From Fimbriosthenelais zetlandica (lineage: Eukaryota), in the NCBI GenBank assembly GCA_977030845.1, contig OZ365113.1:26412001-26476000 (forward strand): a stretch of 64,000 nt of DNA, read 5' to 3'. How positions within the stretch are numbered: the first letter of the stretch is position 1; each line of letters begins with the position of its first letter. Positions 14,201-23,009 of the stretch are shown one piece after another. The notes beneath the pieces are model-generated. The model saw nothing but the letters and a program-made list of their open reading frames with translations, was not told the origin of the DNA and did not search any database. Position numbers and translations under genes: made by a program.

Positions 14201-17200
14201 AAGATGGGGATGGTATCCCAGACCATCTAGATGATGATGACGATGGTGATGGTATTCCAGATGACGCTGAAATCGACACAGATGGAGATGGTATCCCTGA
14301 CTACCTAGATGATGACGATGATGGTGATGGTATTCCAGATCACCTTGACAACGATGATGATGGTGATGGAATTCCAGATGATCAGGAAGACGAAGATGGG
14401 GATGGCATCCCAGACCATCTAGATGATGATGACGATGGAGATGGTATTCCAGATGACCAAGAAATTGACACAGATGGAGATGGTATCCCTGACTACTTGG
14501 ATGATGACGACGATGGAGATGGTATTCCTGATCACCTTGACAACGATGATGATGGTGATGGTATTCCAGATGATGCTGAAATCGACACAGATGGAGATGG
14601 TATCCCCGATCATTTAGATGATGACGATGATGGAGACGGTATTCCAGATCACCTTGACAACGATGATGATGGTGATGGTATTCCAGATGATCAGGAAGAC
14701 AAAGATGGGGATGGCATCCCAGACCATCTAGATGATGATGACGATGGGGATGGTATTCCAGATGACCAAGAAATTGACACAGATGGAGATGGTATCCCTG
14801 ACTACTTGGATGATGACGACGATGGAGATGGTATTCCAGATCACCTTGACAACGATGATGATGGTGATGGTATTCCTGATGACCAAGAAGATGAAGATGG
14901 GGATGGTATCCCAGACCATCTAGATGATGATGACGATGGGGATGGTATTCCAGATGACCATGAAATCGACACAGATGGAGATGGTATCCCTGACTACTTG
15001 GATGATGACGATGATGGAGATGGTATTCCAGATCACCTTGACAACGATGATGATGGTGATGGTATTCCTGATGACAAGGAAGACAAAGATGGGGATGGCA
15101 TCCCAGACCATCTAGATGATGATGACGATGGGGATGGTATTCCAGATGACCAAGAAATTGACACAGATGGAGATGGTATCCCTGACTACTTGGATGATGA
15201 CGATGATGGAGATGGTATTCCAGATCACCTTGACAACGATGATGATGGTGATGGTATTCCTGATGACCAAGAAGATGAAGATGGGGATGGCATCCCAGAC
15301 CACCTAGATGATGATGACGATGGGGATGGTATTCCAGATGACCATGAAATCGACACAGATGGAGATGGTATCCCTGACTACTTGGATGATGACGATGATG
15401 GCGATGGTATTCCAGATCACCTTGACAACGATGATGATGGTGATGGAATTCCAGATGATCAGGAAGACAAAGATGGGGATGGCATCCCAGACCATCTTGA
15501 TGATGACGATGATGGCGATGGTATTCCAGATGATGCTGAAATTGACACAGATGGAGATGGTATCCCTGACTACTTGGATGATGACGATGATGGAGATGGT
15601 ATTCCAGATCACCTTGACAACGATGATGACGGTGATGGTATTCCTGATGACCAAGAAGATGAAGATGGGGATGGCATTCCAGACCATCTAGATGATGATG
15701 ACGATGGGGATGGTATTCCAGATGACCAAGAAATTGACACAGATGGAGATGGTATCCCTGACTACTTGGATGATGACGATGATGGAGATGGTATTCCAGA
15801 TCACCTTGACAACGATGATGATGGTGATGGAATTCCAGATGACCAAGAAGATGAAGACGGGGATGGCATCCCAGACCATCTTGACAATGATGACGATGGG
15901 GATGGTATTCCAGACGATCAAGAAATTGACACGGATGGAGATGGTATCCCTGACTACTTGGATGATGACGATGATGGAGATGGTATTCCAGATCACCTTG
16001 ACAACGATGATGATGGTGATGGTATTCCTGATGACAAGGAAGACAAAGATGGGGATGGCATCCCAGACCATCTAGATGATGATGACGATGGGGATGGTAT
16101 TCCAGATGACCAAGAAATTGACACAGATGGAGACGGTATCCCTGACTACTTGGATGATGACGATGATGGAGATGGTATTCCAGATCACCTTGACAACGAT
16201 GATGATGGTGATGGTATTCCTGATGACCAAGAAGACAAAGATGGGGATGGCATCCCAGACCATCTTGACAATGATGACGATGGGGATGGTATTCCAGATG
16301 ACCAAGAAATCGACACAGATGGAGATGGTATCCCTGACTACTTGGATGATGACGATGATGGAGATGGTATTCCAGATCACCTTGACAACGATGATGATGG
16401 TGATGGTATTCCAGATGACAAGGAAGACAAAGATGGGGATGGCATCCCTGACCATCTAGATGATGACGACGATGGGGATGGTATTCCAGATGACCAAGAA
16501 ATTGACTCAGATGGTGATGGCATTCCTGATCATTTAGATAATGACGATGATGGAGATGGTATTCCAGATCACCTTGACGATGATGATGATGGTGATGGTA
16601 TTCCTGACGACAAAGAAGACAAAGATGGGGATGGTATCCCAGACCGTTTTGACAACGATGACGATGGGGATGGTATTCCAGACGATCAAGAAATTGACAC
16701 AGATGGAGATGGTATCCCTGACTACTTGGATAATGACGATGATGGAGATGGTATTCCAGATCACCTTGACAATGATGATGATGGTGATGGTATTCCTGAC
16801 GACAAAGAAGACAAAGATGGGGATGGCATCCCAGACCATCTTGATGATGACGATGATGGAGATGGTATTCCAGATGACCAGGAAATCGATTCAGATGGTG
16901 ATGGTATCCCTGATCATTTAGATAATGACGATGATGGAGATGGTATTCCAGATCACCTTGACAAAGATGATGATGGTGATGGTATTCCAGATGACAAAGA
17001 AGACAAAGATGGGGATGGTATCCCTGATCATATTGATCATGATGATGACGGGGATGGTATTCCTGATGACATGTCCATCACAGATTTTCCACCACAATTG
17101 AATAAGGATGCAGACCATGATGGTATTCCTGATTATCTTGATGACGATGATGACAACGATGGCATTCCTGACTACCTTGATGAGGACGATGATAACGATG

Positions 17201-17964
17201 GAGTTCTTGACATTGATGAAAAATACTGGAAGGACTTCGACGGGGATGGAATTCCTGACTGGGAAGATGACGATGATGATAATGATGGAATTCCAGACGA
17301 TGAAGATAGTGACGATGATAATGATGGAATACCTGACCACCTGGAATCTTTGGGACCTGACGCTTGTTTAATAGCGAAATGTGAGGAAGAGGAACCTGCA
17401 GAATCCCTTGTAAGCAGGGTAATTAAATCACTTAAAAGTATGATTTACCTTGACGATGATGAAGAGTTTGAGCCAGAGCCCGAACCCGAAGAGGATTTAG
17501 ATCTTTGGGAAATGATCACATCTTTCATTTTGGGAGATGATGACAAGGTAGGAGAATCAGACTCTTCTAGTAGTAATGCTAATCGCGAATCAGAAGGACA
17601 CACATATAAAGCCACAAAGCGGAAGCTCCTCAGCATCAGTTTAGATCAAAATAATAACAAAGCTAAAAATATCAAAGACACTGTGATTCCAAAACAGAAA
17701 CCAGCAGGGAAGGGGGACTCAAAAAATTTAAAACAAAAACAAATTAAGTCTACTGTGAAACAGACCTCAAAAGTGGAACAAAATGATGAGGATGCAACTG
17801 TGGAGGTAGAGGAAGATTCAGAGACAGTCACAGCTGCAGAGGAAGAGTCGAAGACAAATATTCCAGCTCTTATAAGATATTACATAGACCAAACAAAGGA
17901 GCATCTTCATCACATATTCCATAAAATAATTAATCATATTGGCTTCGAGGAGGAGACTCGGTGA
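8266..17964 (+). CDS. Giant Asp-rich protein or exon (about 3,230 aa) of TSP type-3-like DGDGIPD Ca2+-binding repeats; candidate alternative last exon of HSP90B1
   Basis: Uninterrupted 9.7-kb ORF (first ATG at 8296). The frame is open back to the acceptor ttctatccag|G at 8265/8266, with branch-point-like CTAAT at 8243-8247 and an in-frame TAA at 8251-8253. Variation between repeat units is mostly synonymous (gat/gac, ggt/gga/ggg/ggc, cca/cct), which indicates selection on the protein. Coding status is well supported, but its attachment to HSP90B1 is inferred. Confidence 0.85.
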   Translation, partial: ETCSWCRRKLMAAPEETRKKPNTVLKQSHHKRGKVPAGADPRVDIDKDGLPDFMDEDDDGDGIPDYLDEDADDNGLLDKYEDDDGDGIPDYLDIDDDGDGIPDDKDKIHDVPGFGPVDDIKDTDGDGIPDHHDDDDDGDGIPDSMEVDTDGDGIPDYLDDDDDGDGIPDHLDNDDDGDGIPDDQEDKDGDGIPDHLDDDDDGDGIPDDAEIDTDGDGIPDYLDDDDDGDGIPDHLDNDDDGDGIPDDQEDKDGDGIPDHLDDDDDGDGIPDDHEIDTDGDGIPDYLDDDDDGDGIPDHLDNDDDGDGIPDDQEDKDGDGIPDHLDDDDDGDGIPDDAEIDTDGDGIPDYLDDDDDGDGIPDHLDNDDDGDGIPDDQEDEDGDGIPDHLDDDDDGDGIPDDHEIDTDGDGIPDYLDDDDDGDGIPDHLDNDDDGDGIPDDQEDKDGDGIPDHLDDDDDGDGIPDDAEIDTDGDGIPDYLDDDDDGDGIPDHLDNDDDGDGIPDDQEDEDGDGIPDHLDDDDDGDGIPDDHEIDTDGDGIPDFLDDDDDGDGIPDHLDNDDDGDGIPDDKEDKDGDGIPDHLDDDDDGDGIPDDAEIDTDGDGIPDYLDDDDDGDGIPDHVDNDDDGDGIPDDQEDEDGDGIPDHLDDDDDGDGIPDDHEIDTDGDGIPDYLDDDDDGDGIPDHLDNDDDGDGIPDDQEDKDGDGIPDHLDDDDDGDGIPDDHEIDTDGDGIPDYLDDDDDGDGIPDHLDNDDDGDGIPDDQEDKDGDGIPDHLDDDDDGDGIPDDHEIDTDGDGIPDYLDDDDDGDGIPDHLDNDDDGDGIPDDQEDKDGDGIPDHLDDDDDGDGIPDDAEIDTDGDGIPDYLDDDDDGDGIPDHLDNDDDGDGIPDDQEDEDGDGIPDHLDDDDDGDGIPDDHEIDTDGDGIPDYLDDDDDGDGIPDHLDNDDDGDGIPDDQEDKDGDGIPDHLDDDDDGDGIPDDTEIDTDGDGIPDYLDDDDDGDGIPDHLDNDDDGDGIPDDQEDEDGDGIPDHLDDDDDGDGIPDDHEIDTDGDGIPDYLDDDDDGDGIPDHLDNDDDGDGIPDDQEDKDGDGIPDHLDDDDDGDGIPDDAEIDTDGDGIPDYLDDDDDGDGIPDHLDNDDDGDGIPDDQEDEDGDGIPDHLDDDDDGDGIPDDHEIDTDGDGIPDYLDDDDDGDGIPDHLDNDDDGDGIPDDQEDKDGDGIPDHLDDDDDGDGIPDDAEIDTDGDGIPDYLDDDDDGDGIPDHLDNDDDGDGIPDDQEDEDGDGIPDHLDDDDDGDGIPDDHEIDTDGDGIPDYLDDDDDGDGIPDHLDNDDDGDGIPDDKEDKDGDGIPDHLDDDDDGDGIPDDAEIDTDGDGIPDYLDDDDDGDGIPDHLDNDDDGDGIPDDQEDEDGDGIPDHLDDDDDGDGIPDDHEIDTDGDGIPDYLDDDDDGDGIPDHLDNDDDGDGIPDDQEDKDGDGIPDHLDDDDDGDGIPDDAEIDTDGDGIPDYLDDDDDGDGIPDHLDNDDDGDGIPDDQEDEDGDGIPDHLDDDDDGDGIPDDHEIDTDGDGIPDYLDDDDDGDGIPDHLDNDDDGDGIPDDQEDKDGDGIPDHLDDDDDGDGIPDDHEIDTDGDGIPDYLDDDDDGDGIPDHLDNDDDGDGIPDDQEDEDGDGIPDHLDDDDDGDGIPDDHEIDTDGDGIPDYLDDDDDGDGIPDHLDNDDDGDGIPDDQEDKDGDGIPDHLDDDDDGDGIPDDAEIDTDGDGIPDYLDDDDDGDGIPDHLDNDDDGDGIPDDQEDEDGDGIPDHLDNDDDGDGIPDDHEIDTDGDGIPDYLDEDDDGDGIPDHLDNDDDGDGIPDDQEDKDGDGIPDHLDDDDDGDGIPDDHEIDTDGDGIPDYLDDDDDGDGIPDHLDNDDDGDGIPDDQEDEDGDGIPDHLDDDDDGDGIPDDHEIDTDGDGIPDYLDDDDDGDGIPDHLDNDDDGDGIPDDKEDKDGDGIPDHLDDDDDGDGIPDDAEIDTDGDGIPDYLDDDDDGDGIPDHLDNDDDGDGIPDDQEDEDGDGIPDHLDDDDDGDGIPDDQEIDTDGDGIPDYLDDDDDGDGIPDHLDNDDDGDGIPDDAEIDTDGDGIPDHLDDDDDGDGIPDHLDNDDDGDGIPDDQEDKDGDGIPDHLDDDDDGDGIPDDQEIDTDGDGIPDYLDDDDDGDGIPDHLDNDDDGDGIPDDQEDEDGDGIPDHLDDDDDGDGIPDDHEIDTDGDGIPDYLDDDDDGDGIPDHLDNDDDGDGIPDDKEDKDGDGIPDHLDDDDDGDGIPDDQEIDTDGDGIPDYLDDDDDGDGIPDHLDNDDDGDGIPDDQEDEDGDGIPDHLDDDDDGDGIPDDHEIDTDGDGIPDYLDDDDDGDGIPDHLDNDDDGDGIPDDQEDKDGDGIPDHLDDDDDGDGIPDDAEIDTDGDGIPDYLDDDDDGDGIPDHLDNDDDGDGIPDDQEDEDGDGIPDHLDDDDDGDGIPDDQEIDTDGDGIPDYLDDDDDGDGIPDHLDNDDDGDGIPDDQEDEDGDGIPDHLDNDDDGDGIPDDQEIDTDGDGIPDYLDDDDDGDGIPDHLDNDDDGDGIPDDKEDKDGDGIPDHLDDDDDGDGIPDDQEIDTDGDGIPDYLDDDDDGDGIPDHLDNDDDGDGIPDDQEDKDGDGIPDHLDNDDDGDGIPDDQEIDTDGDGIPDYLDDDDDGDGIPDHLDNDDDGDGIPDDKEDKDGDGIPDHLDDDDDGDGIPDDQEIDSDGDGIPDHLDNDDDGDGIPDHLDDDDDGDGIPDDKEDKDGDGIPDRFDNDDDGDGIPDDQEIDTDGDGIPDYLDNDDDGDGIPDHLDNDDDGDGIPDDKEDKDGDGIPDHLDDDDDGDGIPDDQEIDSDGDGIPDHLDNDDDGDGIPDHLDKDDDGDGIPDDKEDKDGDGIPDHIDHDDDGDGIPDDMSITDFPPQLNKDADHDGIPDYLDDDDDNDGIPDYLDEDDDNDGVLDIDEKYWKDFDGDGIPDWEDDDDDNDGIPDDEDSDDDNDGIPDHLESLGPDACLIAKCEEEEPAESLVSRVIKSLKSMIYLDDDEEFEPEPEPEEDLDLWEMITSFILGDDDKVGESDSSSSNANRESEGHTYKATKRKLLSISLDQNNNKAKNIKDTVIPKQKPAGKGDSKNLKQKQIKSTVKQTSKVEQNDEDATVEVEEDSETVTAAEEESKTNIPALIRYYIDQTKEHLHHIFHKIINHIGFEEETR
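8660..17050 (+). repeat. Coding tandem array, 192-bp unit (64 aa), about 43 full units plus one 117-bp short unit, with a 384-bp super-period in parts
   Basis: Unit = DGDGIPDYLDDDD / DGDGIPDHLDNDD / DGDGIPDDQED[K/E] / DGDGIPDHLDDDD / DGDGIPDD[A/H/Q]EIDT. Shadow ORFs in the track recur every 192 bp, with one 309-bp step (14423 to 14732). Confidence 0.97.
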
Positions 17965-19628
17965 GAGTTATGGATGCAGAATAGAATTACTGAATAATTG
18001 CTCATTACATGAATTTTTCCAATGGATGATCATTAGGAAAATGTGGACCATTCCCAGTGTATGAATGTTCATATCACTCTTCACGCTTTCTAAGTGGCGT
18101 TTCCAGGATAAAGAGTATATGACAAGAGTCGTATTTGGTCCTCTAAGTTGCTACATCTGTTAAAATTGGTCATTTAAAAAAAATCGGGGTATGAATTCAT
18201 CCTCCCTCCATAAGAAGATTATAGGGAGAAGAATATGTCAGAGAATTTGCATGGTCCAAAGGGACTATTTCTGGAGGTAGAGAAAAGTTGCAAGGATGAG
18301 AGTTGCAACTATAAGGAAGCATTATAAGATTCATCAACCGTATTTCAATGCATATATAGAGCTTGGTCATTTGAATCGGATATGCCAGGTCTATTCTGTC
18401 TGAATGGAAGAAAGGGATGTGCACTCGAGCGGATACTAGTGGTTATATAATGTCTTTAAGGAATGATTGGTACCTATGTTCAATAATTATCCCAAAGAGT
18501 TAACTAACGGGATCCTCGGGAATGATTCTTGACGGCTAAAGTGTACCTATGCGGGCCCATTCTCATCGGTTAGACATCATGAATCGTAGAAATGTCATGA
18601 CCATTTCTCCCATTAGAGGTAACGAAACCAAGCTAAGTGTGAAGCAAGACGTCCCCGCCTGAGAACGGGTCCATGGCTTAGTGGTTCTTTTTTCCTGACT
18701 TCCACCAACACACCAACACTGCAGAACCAGCCTCGTTATTAAGAACCTCGCTAAGCAGCTACAAAGGCCACTCTAATTGTCAGAATCATTTTAACTAAGA
18801 GACTTTTTATTTAATTGTTGGCACATTTTTAAAGGTCCATATATTGTACATCGACCCAAGAAAATGGGTTAAGTGCATGATGTAATGAATAACAATCATG
18901 GCCCAATAATCATGAAATAACTATGGTTTGTTATACTCAGGAAACAAGTGTAAAATCTTGGGACGAAGAGATGTATAACGTAAATGATTAAGTTACTTTT
19001 AAAAGTGATGTTTTTCGTCTTGATTATTCGTGACACTTAAAGTCATGTTTTACTTAAATGATAATCTATTAAATCTATTAAAAAGAAACGTCAAACATGT
19101 GCCTGTAGAAATAATCCCCTTGAGCATGGTGCTGCTTCTATTTGTATATATAGTATTATGACACATGCAATGTATGATCCTGCAGATTTTTGTATGGGAT
19201 GAAAATCATGAGTTGTTACTATGGCACGTGATTTTAATTAAATGTTTTTGTGAGCGAGAGCGGGAGAGAGCGTGAGAGAGACGGATGGAGACAAAACTTA
19301 TACCGTACCTGTCATGTTACATGTTGATGGATCAGGTGTCACTGAAATTTCCATTCAGGAAATCAGTGCAAGTCAAGATTTGGATGTTTGCCAGACAGGA
19401 AATCTCAATAAAAATTGGCAAAAAAAGTACTATACTCCCTACTTCGTTTTTTAAATCTTAATGACGTATGCAAATTATTTTTATTAAATTATTAAATTTT
19501 AAAAATAAAACTTCTAGTACATTAATAGGCCTAAATCATTTTCGTGAAATAGTCCGTATTTGTGTGTGTGGTGGCAGTGAGGGCGGAGTGGAAGTGCTGC
19601 CCCCTGCCCCCCTCTCCCAACCACCGGA

Positions 19629-20295
19629 CTAACGCTCAATGCTAAGTCAATGGAGCGCCGCTCGGAATTTGTAGACGGCATTTGCAGATCTTTGGAAGCA
19701 CCAAAAAGAGCTCAAATTGAAATTCGTCGGTAGATTCTCATGAAGAATTCATCGTATGTAAAAGAACAGTGGTAAGCTGTCTGAAAACCTGTAAACGGCG
19801 AGTGAATGGTAGACGGAGTATCTGTCCCGGTGTAGAGGCTCGCTGGGAGGACGAGGCTTGTTTACAGGCTAAGTGAATGGAAGCAGTGTTGTGAGCGATA
19901 ATAGGGGTTGCGCCCTTGCGCAGCTATACGGTAAGAGGGGGAACTAACGCTCAATGCTATATCAATGGCTACCATTCACTTAGCATTGAGCATTAGTTCC
20001 CGCTTTTGCCGGTGGTGGGGTAGTCGCATGGGGCAGAAAGTTCTCTTATCTTAGTTCCTTCGTTTGCCGTATAGGTGGCGAGGGAGCCTGCTCGTTCTGG
20101 GCCGGGATCTGCCTAAACCCCTATTATCGCTCACTTCTAATTTCTCTCGTCGTTTACAGGTTTACAGGCAGCGTAGCTCTGTTCTTTTGGATGCAATAGA
20201 TTTTCCATGTACATTTACCAACTGATTTCAATTCTGGTTGATTTAGGTGCTTTAATAGATCTACAAACGCCGTCTGAAAATTCCTAGCGACGCCG
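19629..20295. repeat. Nested imperfect inverted repeats (MITE-like cluster)
   Basis: A ~150-bp arm at 19655-19805 is a diverged reverse complement of 20142-20295. gtgagcgataataggggtt (19891-19909) pairs with 20115-20134. There is an inner hairpin gggaactaacgctcaatgcta...tagcattgagcattagttccc (about 19939-20000). A related fragment lies at about 24035-24085. Confidence 0.75.
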
Positions 20296-22954
20296 GCATT
20301 AACCGGCTTGGCTTGGGCGCTCAGCTGAGGGTGGTGACTAGAAACAGTGCTGGCACCTGGTGGTTTACTGCTGAAGTAAAGGCGCGGCGGAGCTCAATTC
20401 ACTCTCGATGCACAAGGTAAACACTAGGTGGCTGCACTATATCATAGCCAGACCAAGGATAATCGACCATCCCTGACCAGACTAGTCCTGAGGCATCGCT
20501 CAGCATTTTAGATTATAGGAAAGCACCAAAATCATCCAGAAATCTTTCGGACTGAATGATTATCTTAGAATTTTTAATAGGGCCTATAGCATAATTAACC
20601 TTATAGTATATATAAACAATGAGAGAGAAGACAAATTTTCAATTATCTTTTTAAATCAGCCGAGTCTCGCTTAGTCGGGACCCGCCTAATAGATAGTATT
20701 AATAAAGTACATGTAGGCCTATGATAAAGTAGGCCTATTCTAATCTTTCCGGACGCTCGCCATTCCAAACCACTAACGTATTAGGGTCAACCCATTAGTT
20801 ACTTGGTCTAAAAGGACTGATTATGCTTTACAGAGAAACAAAAAAAAAGGAGTAATTTTTACAATTTCGGTAGGCTATATTCAACATATTTTGAATAAAA
20901 TCGAAAATAAAAAGCAGCAAAAATATTGTTCAATTTGCAAATAAACTTAATGTGCATTACGGTGATTATAATTTGCTTCCAGCTTATTAATATTAATAAT
21001 AATATTATATTGAGGTCCCCCATGGGTTAATTAATTTATTAACCATATTATATCGATTTTGAAATGTACCTTGCATAGTAAAGCTACTACCTGGAATTCA
21101 TTTTCCAAGAGAAATGCATTCTTTGACCTTCAGTTAACCTCATAAGTTGAACTCGGTCAGTGCAAAGCTGAGCCTGAGTTGATTAGAATGAACTCTATAG
21201 AGGTTCCCTCCTATGGATTAATTCCTGTAACCAGCTGACTGCTTTCAACCAAGCCAGCCTCCAAACTGGCATGAACCGGTATGAACCAGGCGCACGTGGA
21301 TCTAACCAGTCCACAACACCTCCACTACGCATGCTCCATGAGGCACTGAAAGGAGATTCTCCATACTAACCTACTCTATCTCCATGCAGTTTTCAAAACA
21401 TTAAATGCATATTCCGTCAATGGAATGAAGATGAACTATACAAAGATTTCCAAGGTTCATTAAAACAGTCGATTTTTTCACCTGGGGTCATTTATTGGCT
21501 TGGAATCGGTTGAAACATTGTGAACTTCCGCTTGGGTGGAGGCTGGGGGCTCCCGATGGGTGGGTTTGTTTTCTTTATGCAGCTGTCGTCATCTCTGAAG
21601 GAGCAAAACGACAATACACGGCTTTCCAACACGATATATTCATCAAATTATTGAAATATCGACACCAATGATAGGAATACGTCGATAGTTGAGCCAATAT
21701 CACTGTCAAAGCTTTGAGATTGCTGCAGACGATCTACAGCGTTCGAACGTTAGAGAATTCTCGTCTGGAAATTAGAATTACAGCGATCCCTGTCAACTAG
21801 AGAGGTGCAAGGCTACAATTTAACAAAACTTATTGTTTATTGAAGACAAGGGGCCAATGTCTATACATCGCCATCCGATTGTTCAAGTCAAAATACAGGT
21901 AGATACGGTAAGAGGCTTTCCATTTTTGATTTACTCGTTGGTTTAGTGTCGATTTCAAAGGCAGACGACATTGGCCCAACCGGCGTTCCTCTGCTTAGGG
22001 CGCGGCTGCCATGATGGTTTCTCTTGCTACTACGTAGGCCTACTGCTACAGTATTAGGATTTCAATCTAGGTCTAGATGGCCTGAACTATGTTCGAATCC
22101 TATAATTGTCTCTTTGTTTTGAAAGAATGAAATAATGCAAAGCATCATTTAGTAAATCCATTACAAAAGTAATTAATCTTCCATTTTAATTTAATATTTT
22201 GTTTTCATATTTATTTTTATGCATGCATAACAGGGTCTGTTCTTATCTTAAAATGCTATGAAATTAATATATGACCTATGGGGGATCAGTTTTGTCACCT
22301 AGAATGCTAGATATAATAAAGATAGATGCCGTTCTTATATATTTGAAAGAAAATATCTTTTGAATGTTTCCTTTGAACATGATGTTCATTCTGGTGGTAG
22401 GCCTACACTAGGCCTACGTCATTCTCCTTCTAAATATTCCAAAATATTGTGAGGTAGGCTAGGCCTACACTAGGCCTACGTTTGATACGCTACGTCTGAT
22501 CATTAAGTGATATAGCACGTGTGATTGGCATCATTTCATCTTGGAGTAAAATTTTACTCTAAGATTCCATTATCAAAATTTATAAGGACACAACTTGTAC
22601 CCAAACACCATGGCCTAATACATATTAGGCCTATGTATAAATGTAACATATTAGGCCTATGTATAAATGTAACAAAATCCCTATATTATCTAAAAGTTAT
22701 GTTTAGGCCTAATTGTTCTCATTTATCCCCAATAATTTGTTCTCTACTGCTGAAGGCAAATGGTGATCAAGAAGAGGTCAATTATAGAAACTTTGGCCCT
22801 TGCTTTTCAGAGAGAACTGCTTTTCTCAGGCCCTTTCTGGTTGGACAACCTTCAAGCAGCTGACGTTCGCTACCACATGAGATTTGTCTACGACAGTGGT
22901 CCACACCAAACCTGACGCCCCCCACACTACCTAATCATAGACAGAGACTAGGCC

Positions 22955-22962
22955 TATATAAA
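22955..22962 (+). promoter_or_regulatory. TATA box of the intronless 2-TM gene
   Basis: TATATAAA about 50 bp upstream of an ATG in good Kozak context (gccaagATGA at 23010). Confidence 0.55.
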
Positions 22963-23009
22963 GCAAAAACTGTGATTTTCAATACAATTACTCGAACATA
23001 ACTGCCAAG

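Noticed and set aside
8660-17050. Regularly spaced repeats superficially like a CRISPR array
   Set aside because: There are no unique spacers, the unit length is a multiple of 3 within one ORF, the context is eukaryotic and there are no cas genes.
8851-17371. Dozens of 63/127-aa Met-rich (+) and Ile/Val-rich 'membrane-like' (-) ORFs
   Set aside because: They are shadow frames of the GAT/GAC-rich repeat. They end at the palindromic CTAG in CAT CTA GAT and double in length wherever the synonymous CTT replaces CTA.
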